Made by a program: the position numbers and the translations under genes. A DNA stretch of 64,000 nucleotides from Octopus vulgaris (taxonomy: Eukaryota): assembly GCA_951406725.2 (NCBI GenBank), contig OX597829.1:39680001-39744000 (forward strand). Reading direction: 5' to 3'. Below the pieces are notes generated by a model, which saw only the letters and a list, made by a program, of their open reading frames with translations, did not search any database and was not told where the DNA came from. This document shows positions 51,909-64,000 of the stretch, one piece after another (position 1 is the first letter of the stretch; each line of letters starts with the position of its first letter).

Positions 51909-52228
51909 GTGAAAGCGCGTGGCTTAGTGTTTAGGGTATTCGGCTCTCAATCAAAAGGTCGTGAGTTCGACTCCTAGCACTCATCGTGTCTTTGAGTAAG
52001 ACATTTCATTTCACATTGCTTTAGTCCACTCAGCCTACAAAGGTAAGTTGTACATGTATTTCAATTGGCCAGCCTTGTAACACTTTGTATCACCTTGAAT
52101 CTCCCTGAGAAATACGTCAAGGGTACGCATGTCTGTGGAGTGTTCATTCACTTATTTCACGAGCAGGCTGTACCGTTGATCAGATCAACAGGAACCCCCG
52201 TCATCGTCGTAACCGACGGAGCGCCAGA
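51909..52228 (+). mobile_element. SINE family D core joined to the family A type-1 tail
   Basis: Head gcgcgtggcttagtg / gagttcgactcc, then gtctttgagtaagacatttcatttcac, then a tail ending cgtcgtaaccgacggag. Confidence 0.75.
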
Positions 52229-52497
52229 CGTTTCCAGTTCACACTGTCGACTTTCAGCATTCCCCCAAAAACTTGTCTAGGGCGGTTGAATGGTTTATAT
52301 TCTTGTCATCTAGGACAATATTACAGACCTATTATTATTTTAATAAAGAGCTCAGCCTCAGATTTTATCTCATCGAAAAGAGTTAGTAATCTCTCTCTAT
52401 GCGCAAACGCTAGCTGCACTTTGTCGATGGTGAAATGTCTTGCAGCTGGTTCCAGTTGCTGCTATTATTATTATTATTATTATTGTTATTATTATTA

Positions 52498-52560
<63 letters not shown>

Positions 52561-52875
52561 GTTATTATTATTATTGTTGTTTTTACGTATTATTTTTGTA
52601 TTCATATTCGTGTAACATCGTCCGTTTTTCCGTCCTTGTTTTGTATAAATTCGAAGCTTTTTCCAAGGAATCAATGCGCTTAGCTTAGTTTTTCCTTGGG
52701 ACTGGCCAGATTGGAGCAATCGCAAGATTAATCAGCCGAAATTGCGAGGATGATCCGGTTCTTGATTGAAGACTGAAGGCTTCGAATGTCCCGCCCGTGT
52801 TTTTTGTATCGTCTTTTAAGTGTTTTGCGTTCTTGTCCCAGTTTGTATTTTTATATATTTATATACATACATACA

Positions 52876-52957
<82 letters not shown>

Positions 52958-53024
52958 ATATATATGTATATGTTTGTCTGGCTGGCTGTCTGCATGACTA
53001 TCTGCTTGTCTGTCTGTCTGACAG

Positions 53025-53225
<201 letters not shown>

Positions 53226-53251
53226 GTCGGTCTGTGTGTTTGTCTGTCTGT

Positions 53252-53296
<45 letters not shown>

Positions 53297-53451
53297 GTTT
53301 GTCTATCTGTCTGTTTGTCAGTCTGTCTGCCTGTTGGTCCGTCTGCCTGACTGCCAGTCTGTATGTCTCTCAGTCTGTCTGCTTGTCTGTCTGTCTGTCT
53401 GTCTGTCCCTCTCTCTTTCTGTCTGTCTCTCTTTCACAAACACACACAAAT

Positions 53452-53493
<42 letters not shown>

Positions 53494-53602
53494 GCACGCA
53501 CCTAACACACACATAGAGAAAGAGGGGAGTAGTAGCAGTAGTCGTAGTTGTGGTGGGTGAAAATATGAAACAATAAAAGAAATAAAAAAAGAAATAAGGA
53601 AA

Positions 53603-53916
<314 letters not shown>

Positions 53917-54262
53917 TAGGATACATGGGAGAAAAAGAAGAAAAAGGAAGGATGGACAAAGAAAAGTGAAAAAAAAAACCATAAAGAAAATGTCGGCGAA
54001 GACAATGGGCAAAAGAATGTATAAATCTGTCGGAGCGAATGTAGAAAGTATGACGGTAAAAATATTCGTCATAACAAAGATAAATATTTCTAGTGGATTA
54101 GTGAATTATTGAATGAAGCAGACGACGGCGGCGAAGACGTCGACGATGACGGTGTGAATGAAAATAAAAAAAAAGGTTTGCGTGGAGGGACCGTGGGATA
54201 GGAATTTGGAGATAGGATAAAGAGACGGTTGAAACAAAGGGCTAGGTATACATACTTGTTAA

Positions 54263-54633
<371 letters not shown>

Positions 54634-54759
54634 AGGAAATAAGATTGTTGTAGTGCTAAAAATGTAAGCTTCCGGTGAAACCAACGAAAAGAAGAAGAAC
54701 CTATGTGGACAAATAAACTCTTGACCTCCCTGAAATAGTTGCCAAATCTTCTGTTTAAG

Positions 54760-55002
<243 letters not shown>

Positions 55003-55314
55003 CCAAAATAAGGAGAGAGAGAGAGAGGGAGAGAGAGAGAAAGAGAGAGAAGACAAAAAGACATCAAAATGGTTAGCCCTTTGTTAACATACGCTGATTT
55101 CATTTCGATTTATTTTGAAAATATTGAATGATTTAGTAAAATAACTTCGTCATTATTAAGTTGGTTTATGGACCATGAATTAACCTTGTTTCAATTAATT
55201 TTCAAAATGTTGAAGGGTTTAGTATAATAACTCTTCAAGAGGCTGTGCTCTAGTATGGCCGCTGTCCAGTCACTGAAGCAAATTAAAGAATAAAAGAATA
55301 CAAGTGTGTAGAGT

Positions 55315-55700
55315 TGCTGGCATGGCTTTGTGGTTAAGAAGTTTCACTTTCAAACAACGTGGTCCCGGGTTCAGCTCCATTGTCTGGCACCTTGGGCAAG
55401 TTTTCTACCAAAGCCTGGGCCAACTGTACCTTAAGAATTTGGTAGACGGAAACTGTGAGGAAACCCGTCTTATATGTGTGAAAGAGATAGAGAGTATTTC
55501 TGTGCTCGCGTGTGTATTCGTCTTTGTGTTTGACAACCGATGATGGTTTGTTTACATTCCCGTAATTTAGCGGTTCTACGCAATGAACGATAAAATATCA
55601 GAGTTAAAAAGTAAGTACTGCGGTCGGTATGTTCTACTAAATCCTTCAAGGCAGTGCTCCAGCATGGTTGCAGTCCAATGATTGAAAACAAGTAAAAGAT
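55315..55700 (+). mobile_element. Old SINE family C copy
   Basis: ggcaccttgggcaag core and tail gtgctccagcatgg...aacaagtaaaag. Confidence 0.75.
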
Positions 55701-55914
55701 AGAAACTGCAAGAATGGAGTAAATGTATTTACATGTGTAGTCGTAAATCGGATACTGTTGCAGACTTTGCCAACCCTCAAAAGTCAAGTGTCGTATGAAT
55801 TCGAACATGGAACTGGGAAAAGTAGTGAGACACTCTCAAATTTCCTAGCAGAGCTGGTTTTAGTGTAAACACAATGGGGATTCAATGTCACGTGGTACTT
55901 GCAGTACTTCTTAA

Positions 55915-56108
55915 TCCTTTAGCATTTAATCCGGCCAAAATACTCTATGCACAAAATGACTAAATCTGGCGTCTACCCAACAATGTGATTTTAAAAATAA
56001 ACAACCTCATCGTCCAAATGTTGAAGTCATAAAATAACACATGATAAATTCAATACAATATGAATAAATAGGCATTAAATAAGGCAGAGTAATGTGAATG
56101 CTAAAGGG
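55915..56108. mobile_element. piggyBac-type MITE
   Basis: TTAA|tcctttagcatt ... aatgctaaaggg|TTAA. A related copy lies in opposite orientation at about 59598-60036. Confidence 0.7.
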
Positions 56109-56119
56109 TTAAGGATTTT

Positions 56120-56540
56120 GGATCTTTTCGGTTTGAACGGCAGTTTTTCCTAGCGGTGTCATATGAAATTGTCACCCATAATTATGACCCTAGTATCGAT
56201 CTATTGCATTTCAATCTGTTTTAGGGTTAGGGTTAGGGTTAGGGGTGGGGGAAGGGTATCTTTTTTCTTCACAAATGTAAATAAACCCAATCTGTTTCTT
56301 AAACGAGGGACATATTCATACGGCACAGAATGTTTTCACCTTCAATAGACGTCATTGATTGGTTGAAATTGCAGAAATTGAAGAAAAAAAACGACAAATA
56401 TCTTACAAACTATAGAATTTTCTCAATAAAGCCAAGAGAAAAAGATGTTTTATAAACACATTCTACCAGTATACGAAGTTTAAAAGTGTTTAGCTACGTG
56501 GAAATATTTTAAAAATCTGCCGTCCAAACCGAAAAGATCC
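56120..56540. mobile_element. MITE with ~29-bp TIRs, 8-bp TSD and internal (TTAGGG)n
   Basis: TIRs ggatcttttcggtttgaacggcag / ctgccgtccaaaccgaaaagatcc. TSD aggatttt. Confidence 0.9.
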
Positions 56541-57469
56541 AGGATTTTTTAATTAATATTTTGCGTATCCTTGGTGATATTACGGTGACGTTGTCGATCA
56601 AGCGCCAGAGTAGAACTGGTGAGCGTCGCCTTTTACATCTTGGTAGGAATAAATTTCTTTCCAGCTGTTTTTGAAAGTATTCTTCTATGTTGCAACGCCA
56701 AGATAACCTATTTTGCTTTATAGAATGCTGCTCTTTTTCCCTGCAATCGTTTTATCCATCTCTACTGAAACAAACGCGTTTCTTGGTCGCCATATTGCAA
56801 TAAGATAATTTGTTTATTTTCGCAGTCGTTAGCTTTGCAGTTTCTACCTTCTGTACCGCGAAGGAGTAGTAGACTCGATGCCTAAGATTCCTAGCCTGTA
56901 CGTATACGCCATACGCCGCAATCGCAGGTCGCGCGAGTCATAAAACTTTTTCCCAACTGCATGACGGAGCAAACCGTAAACGCCGCTTGTTTGCCGCGTA
57001 CGGAGAGGTCTGTGAGTAGGCTAAAATTGCGCCTCGAGACTGTGATAAATGTTTAGATGTTCTAAATTTTTTTTTTTTTAGTCTGCCGATGAAGCAATGT
57101 ATCTGCTGAACTGCAATAAAATGTCTTAAGGCCAATTTTTCGTTTGTTATGCAACTTTTAATGTTTTGTGGACATAATCTAATCGTAAAGTAATTTCTTG
57201 CATAACCTACATCCTAATGAAATGTGGAAAAAAAAATGTCTTATCGCCACTCCTTTTTTTTCTGAACATAATTTGTATTCGGAATATTGATGGATAAGAT
57301 GTTTTGAAAAAATGATTCGGCGTCTCTTCACGGACAGATCTTTAGAAAAAAAACAAACAAAAAAACAACAACAACAACAAAATGCACTTGGAGTTATAAA
57401 CAGTAGTTATATGCCGTACCCTATATGCTGCACCACTCAAATGTAAAAATAGATATATAGATATGTACA

Positions 57470-57593
57470 TGTGTGTGTGTGTGTGCGAGAGTACACGCAC
57501 GCACACACATACACACACATACACATACATACATACACACATACATACATGCATACATACATACATACATACATACATACATACATGCATACA

Positions 57594-57625
<32 letters not shown>

Positions 57626-58175
57626 AAAATACAAAATGGGACAAGAACGCAAAACATCCAGACAGACGATACAAAAATGGGACAACAAAACATCCAGACG
57701 ATACAAAGAAAACAAGGACGGGTCATTCGAAGTTTTCTTTCCTCAGTCAAGTACCAGATTATCTTCGCAATTTCGACTGATTATACATACATACATACAT
57801 GCATACATGCATATATACATACATACACACATACATACATACATACAAACACACACATGCATACATACATACATACACACATACATACATACATACATAA
57901 ATACATAAATACATACATACCTATATACATACATACATGCATACATACATACGTACGTACATAAATACATACATACATACATACATACATACATACATAC
58001 ATACACACATACATACATACATACAAACATACACACACACATACAAACATACATACATACATACATACACACATACATACATACATACATACATACATAC
58101 ATACATACATACATACATACATACATACATACATACATACATACACATATACACACATACATAACGTACATATAT
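57470..58175. repeat. (CATA)n/(CA)n tracts interrupted by a dispersed repeat
   Basis: 57620-57785 is related in reverse orientation to 52725-52860. Confidence 0.85.
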
Positions 58176-58747
58176 ACACCTGTATACAGAGAGTGAAAGA
58201 GCAAGAAATTTAACAAAAGTGATGGGCGAATATCATGCATCAAATTTCTTAAGTGAATTTCTTACAGTTTTTGTTCTCCTGGTAAGTTTGTGTTACTCGG
58301 CTTATCTTACTCGGATATCAATTTCTCATTATGTAACAACCGAGAGGATTTTCGATTAAAATATCGATCTCAGTACATAGATGGTACTTATTTCATAGAC
58401 CACAGATTGTCATGGAAGAAAGTAACAGAATACTCTGCACGCTATTTCAATCTTCTTTCTTTCATTTTTCTTTCTTTTTTTTTTTTTTTTTTTTTTTTAG
58501 AACTCAACTGAGTGAACTTTCCAAGTAACGGCATCCAAAATTGGAAAATCCAAGCTAAGGTTATCTTTGAAAAGGAAATTATTGGCAAAACGTTAATTTG
58601 CGTATGTCCAATGCTGGCTCCATATGTAAAGGAAAAAAAGTAATGTGTCGACAACATGTGAAAAGCTAAGTAGTTGCGTATGGCAGCCGTTTCATTCATT
58701 GACATATACACGATCACGATGTCTAAAGATATTTAGAAGAAAGAGAA

Positions 58748-58978
58748 GGCGGCGAGCCGGCAGAAACGTTAGCACGCCGGACGAAATGCGTAGCCGTATT
58801 TCGTCTCTCGCTACGTTCTGAGTTCAAATTCCGCCGAGGCCGACTTTGTCTTTCACCCTTTCGGGGTGGTTAAATTGAGTACCAGTTACGCATTGGGGTC
58901 GATGTAATCGGCTTAATCCGTTTGTCTGTCCTTGTTTGTCCCCTCTGTGTTTAACCTCCTGTGGGTTATAAAGAAACA
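58748..58978 (+). mobile_element. SINE family B
   Basis: TSD gatatttagaagaaag. Ends aaagaaaca. Confidence 0.9.
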
Positions 58979-58993
58979 GATATTTAGAAGAAA

Positions 58994-59412
58994 GCGCAGG
59001 AGTGGCTGTGTGGTAAGTAGCTTGCTTACCAACCACATGGTTCCGGGTTCAGTCCCACTGTGTGGCATTTTGGGTAAGTGTCTTCTGCTATAGCCTCGGG
59101 CCGACCAAAGCCTTGTGAGTGGATTTGGTAGATGGAAACTGAAAGAAGCCTGTCGTATATATGTATATATATATGTATGTGCTTGTATGTTTGTGTGTCT
59201 GTGTTTGTCCCCCTAGCATTGCTTGACAACCGGTGCTGGTGTGTTTACGTCCCGGTCACTTAGCGGTTCGGCAAAAGAGACCGATAGAATAAGTACTGGG
59301 CTTACAAAAGAATACGTCCCGGGGTCGATTTGCTCGACTAAAAGGCGGTGCTCCAGCATGGCCGCAGTCAAATGACTGAAACAAGTAAATGAGTAAAATG
59401 AGAATGAGTAAA
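58994..59412 (+). mobile_element. SINE family C, full length
   Basis: Matches the 33052 copy. Confidence 0.9.
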
Positions 59413-59698
59413 GCAGGAAGACATTTAAAACTTAGACAGACTCATAAGTGATTCCATGCTTTCCCCGCCTCTGTCAGGTGAATACGCCTGAGCTGTTACA
59501 CTATAGCGAAAATTATTACAAATATTAAACGGGAGACGAGAAAGGCAAGCTATTATAAAGATCTAGGTGAATTAAAACAGTATGGCGAAACGTTTAACCC
59601 GTTAACTGTAATGCTTATTTATTCACATTACTTTGAATTAATCATGCACTGGCTTGTCAGGTTTGAAATTTCGATGGTATGACTGTTTATGGTTTAGA

Positions 59699-59927
59699 CG
59701 GCGAGCTGGCAGAAACGTTAGCACGCCGGGCGAAATGCTTAGCGGTATTTCGTCTGTCTTTACGTTCTGAGTTCAAATTCCGCCGTGGTCGACTTTGCCT
59801 TTCATCCTTTCGGGGTCGATTAAATAAGTACCAGTTACGCACTGGGGTCGATATAATCGACTTAATCCGTTTGTCTGTCCTTGTTTGTCCTGTCTGTGTT
59901 TAGCCCCTTGTGGGTAGTAAAGAAATA
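59699..59927 (+). mobile_element. SINE family B inserted in a piggyBac-type MITE
   Basis: TSD ggtttaga. Confidence 0.9.
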
Positions 59928-60283
59928 GGTTTAGAATGACATTTTAGAATATTTCTGAAAGTCTGTCTCTTGTTAGTTTGAATATAAAACAGGTAGAATA
60001 TTTGGGCCTGATATTGCCGGATTAAATGCTAAAGGGCCAAGGAATTCCTATCGACTCGGCTATAAAGACATGAAAATAGACATCTCCCTACGCGGCAGAG
60101 TAGCAACGTCTACGGTTTACTCCGTCATGCAGTTGGGAAAAATTTTTATGACTCGCGCGACCTGCGATTGCGGCGTGTGGCGTATACGTACAGGCTAAGA
60201 ATCTTAGGTATCGAGTCTACTCCTTCGCGGTACAGAAGGTAGAAACTGCAAAGCTAACGACTGCGAAAATACACAAATGATCT

Positions 60284-60675
60284 GGATCTTTTCGGTTTGA
60301 ACGGCAGTTTTTTTTAATAATTTCCACGTAACTAAACACTTTTAAACTTCATATACTGGTAGAATGTGTTTATAAAACATCTTTTTCTCTTGGCTTTATT
60401 GAGAAAATTCTATAGTTTGTAAGATATTTGTTGGTTTATTTTCTTCAATTTCTGCAATTTCAACCAATCAATGACGTCTATTGAAGGTGAAAACATTCTG
60501 TGCCGTATGAATATGTCCCTCGTTTAAGAAACAGATTGGGTTATTTACATTTGTGAAGAAAAAAGATACCCTTCCCCCTACCCCTTACTCTAACCCTAAC
60601 CCTAACCCTAAAACATGGGTGACAATTTCATATGACACCGCTAGAAAAAACTGCCGTTCAAACTGAAAAAAATCC
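60284..60675. mobile_element. Second copy of the (TTAGGG)-containing MITE, opposite orientation
   Basis: Same TIRs. TSD aatgatct at 60276-60283 and 60676-60683. Confidence 0.9.
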
Positions 60676-61420
60676 AATGATCTTATTGCAAGACATGAAA
60701 ATAAATTTGTAAGCAAAATAAGTTTATTTCAAATATGGATGCATGTAAAGATATTGGGAGATAGCTGGAAGGGAAATTTCAAATTTATTTTCATTTCTTT
60801 CCAGGGCCTTGGTTAGCAATGATAATAGTAGCCAATGCTGTAGTCGTAATAATATACTCTATTATAGTAAGTATATTTTCTTTAACAATTATATTTAACT
60901 AACGAGACATTTTACCATTATCAACGTCACGCATCAAATAACTAATTCCTTGCAACTCTTTCCTAGATATATATATTCTGGTACTTCTCAGTTCTTAGAT
61001 TTCGTGACATATAAGAAATGTGAAAAAAATAATAAATAAAATGAGAATATTCATTGATGTACCTCGAATAGAAAGTTTTAAAACAGTTTTGAAGTTTAAG
61101 AACAAAATTAGAAAAATAGAAACAGTGATCTATACATGTATATATATAACGGTGTTGTATTAATCACAATTGTGGTGTAAAAGGAAATTATGTTTTCTCA
61201 AGACATCCAAGCAACTTTTATTCTTTTTTTCTTGTTTCAGTCATTGGACTGTGGCCATGCTGGGGCACCACCTTAAAGGTTTTTAATTGAATATATCGAC
61301 TCAAAGCTTACTCTATGAATCTGATACATATCCTAATGTTCCTTTTTTTGGCACACACACACACACACACGCACACACACACACACACACACTCACACAC
61401 ACACTCACACACACACACAC

Positions 61421-61458
<38 letters not shown>

Positions 61459-61734
61459 ACACACACACTCACACACATACACACTCACACACACACATAC
61501 TCACACACACACATACTCACACAAACACACAGACACACTCACAAACGTACACGTATATATATAGTGAACTCTCCTGCTATAAACAACTGACGAGTGCTCT
61601 GCAATTTCTTGCTGCTCAACCTGCACAGATGATCAAATGTATGTAACCTGCATTAGATCACTCCTTCCTACAAAATCAACATTGCTTCTACGGGTGCACG
61701 AGTGTTCCACTTGTTATTTGTCGAAGTGATCGTA

Positions 61735-61853
61735 GTTTGAAATTCAATGTTTTCCGCAAGAACACAGCACAGCACGCCACCGCGATCGGGAATCGAAACC
61801 ACGAGCTTACCGATCACAAGGGTAACATCCTTACCATTTGGCCACGTGCCTTC
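61735..61853 (-). mobile_element. SINE family D head fragment
   Basis: Minus strand reads gaaggcacgtggccaaatgg...ggtttcgattccc...gtgttcttgcggaaaac. Confidence 0.6.
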
Positions 61854-61883
61854 AGATACACACACACACACACACACACACAG

Positions 61884-61927
<44 letters not shown>

Positions 61928-62013
61928 GATCTCATCTTGGAAACCTCCATTAATTCTTAATAGTTCTATCACCTACCTCGACCACATTCTTACATACCAC
62001 CGCCATTACTCAC

Positions 62014-62318
62014 ATGTTTGTTCCTTCTCGAGCCATCTCTGGCTCATAAGGGCCGGTTTCCTGGTTTCCTTGGCGTATAGGTTCCCCACCTGGACGAGAC
62101 GCCGGTCCGTCGCAGGTGAGGAGCAAGATGCAGGAGGAAAGAGTGAGAGAAAGTTGTGGCAAAAGAGTCAACAGAAGTTCGCCATTACCTTCTGCCGGAG
62201 CCGCGTGGAGCTTAGGTGTTTTTGCTCATAAACACACACATCGCCCGGTCTGAGATTCGAACCCGCGATCCCTCGACCGATAGTCCGCTACTCTAACCAC
62301 TACGCCATGTGCCTCCAC
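62014..62318 (-). mobile_element. SINE family A, tail type 3
   Basis: TSD attactcacat. Confidence 0.9.
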
Positions 62319-62729
62319 AATTACTCACATACCTATGTAAATTTTTCCAACTCTAAACCTCGTTTATCAAACGGGCCATTCCCTATTCTCAATACCTCTA
62401 TCTCCACCGTCCGAGAAGCCGCCACGTTACTATGGCTTTGAAACTCAGCTACAGTATACGGCGAGTCTCTTCATTTGCCGTGAATAAACACACTGTTGCC
62501 CAAGCCACACGGTCCTGAACCCGCCAAATCAATCGCACCTCTGCTCCATCAACTCGCATCTGTTTCACTCGCAACCGTATTCCCATTCCCCTCTTTTTCA
62601 TTCCCACCTGTATAATTTTCCATCGTAACATTCAGCTCGATCCTATCACCCACCCCTCTTCTTCAAGTGTGGCTTTAATCTGCGCAACTTACAAATCCAC
62701 AATTCCCATCTCTCCTTCCTTCATTTCTT

Positions 62730-62957
62730 ATTTCTTTATTACCCATAAGGGGCTAAACACAGAGGGGACAAACAAGGACAGACAAACAGATTAAGTCGAT
62801 TACATCGACCCCAGTGCGTAACTGGTACTTAATTTATCGACCCCGAAAGAATGAAAGGCAAAGTCGACCTCGGCGGAATTTGAACTCAGAACGTAACGCC
62901 AGACGAAATACGGCTACGCATTTCGCCCGGCGCGCTAACGTTTCTGCCAGCTCGCCT
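62730..62957 (-). mobile_element. SINE family B
   Basis: TSD ccttcatttct. Confidence 0.9.
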
Positions 62958-63077
62958 TCATTTCTATCCCTGATCCTCCTCTTTTCTCGGCCCCATTGTC
63001 ACACTGGTCCGTTCCTTGCCAACGCCATCTCGCTCACTGGAACCACCACTGTATCTTCTACGATTGTACACACGCAC

Positions 63078-63129
<52 letters not shown>

Positions 63130-63236
63130 ATGCATATCAACTGTTTTACAATTTGCACAACGATTACTTGCATATCTTTCTGTATAAACATCATGCCATC
63201 GCTTCTTAAACAAATAGCTCTGTTTTAGGGTTAGAC

Positions 63237-63958
63237 CAGGAGTTCGCAAACATGTTTTACATATGAATCCCTTTGATTACTATTTTATTCTAGTGGACCC
63301 CCAAAGCCATTCGATATTTATAGCTAGTTTTATAGAAACTTCTTTCAACAATTCCTATATTGTTTTTTTAAACATTAACTTGTGTAGGTCGAACTGTGAA
63401 AAATGTTACAGAAAGAAACCTAACTGTTACTTGCAATACATACCTATTTCTTTACAACCCACAAGGGGCTAAACACAGAGAGGACAAACAAGGACAGACA
63501 AACGGATTAAGTCGATTACATCGACCCAGTGCGTAACTGGTACTTAATTTATCGACCCCGAAGTCGACCTCGGTGGAATTTGAACTCACAACGTAGCAGC
63601 AGACGAAATACCTATTTCTTTATTACCCACAAGGGGCTAAACACAGAGGGGACAAACAAGGACAAACTGGTAATTAATTTATCGACCCCGAAAGGATGAA
63701 AGGCAAAGTCCACCACAGCAGGATTTGAACTCAGAACGTACGGCAGACGAAATACGGCTACGCATTTCGCCCGGCGTGCTAACGATTTTGCCAGCAAGCC
63801 GCCTGCAATACATACCAATGCAAAATTTTATCAGGGGCCCTTAAAATACTATTGCGGATCCCCAATTTACTGTCTTGTTGCGTGGACACCCCGCCTCCAT
63901 CGTCCAAATCTTATACGGACCCTTAAAGAACCATATGGACCCCAGTTGGGAACCATTG
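63237..63958. mobile_element. hAT-type MITE interrupted by a SINE B dimer
   Basis: Ends caggagttcgcaaac / gttgggaaccattg. 8-bp TSD ggtt(a/t)gac. Subterminal ggacccc motifs. Confidence 0.65.
63445..63803 (-). mobile_element. SINE family B concatemer: head plus two units
   Basis: Junction gaaata|ggtatttcg near 63612. 13-bp TSD tgcaatacatacc at 63432 and 63804. Confidence 0.9.
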
Positions 63959-64000
63959 GGTTTGACTAAGGATCAGGTTTGTGTTAGGGTTTTACTTGTT

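Noticed and set aside
56221-56250. TTAGGG repeats as a telomere or chromosome fusion site
   Set aside because: They are internal to a MITE present twice in the window.
57705-57760. Minus-strand CUGAGGA...GAAU hammerhead-like motif (related copy near 52760)
   Set aside because: The core is broken and is not conserved in the second copy.
58268-58281. Possible 14-nt micro-exon (cttacag|...|gtaagt)
   Set aside because: Splice-like signals alone are expected by chance, and there is no supporting context.

Overview
This is AT-rich, microsatellite-saturated animal DNA. The repeat landscape (tRNA-headed SINEs, Penelope-type fragments and very long simple repeats) suggests an octopus-like cephalopod, which is an inference. 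I find no intact protein-coding gene: almost every ORF in the track is microsatellite or SINE read-through. Recognisable parts are the 3' ends of an L1/Tx1-type and a CR1-type LINE, degenerate DD37D and DD34D Tc1/mariner transposases, several Helitrons, several MITEs, two Penelope-like GIY-YIG remnants and about 40 SINE copies or fragments in four families. The main unexplained signal is more than a dozen minimal type-I hammerhead ribozyme motifs with palindromic stem III. Four lie one per unit in a near-identical 533-bp tandem array (retrozyme / Penelope pseudo-LTR-like). A related 488-bp family carries them in a long palindrome. Two further points stand out: one SINE family shares its 3' 42 nt with the L1/Tx1-type LINE, and it repeatedly forms concatemers through one fixed junction.
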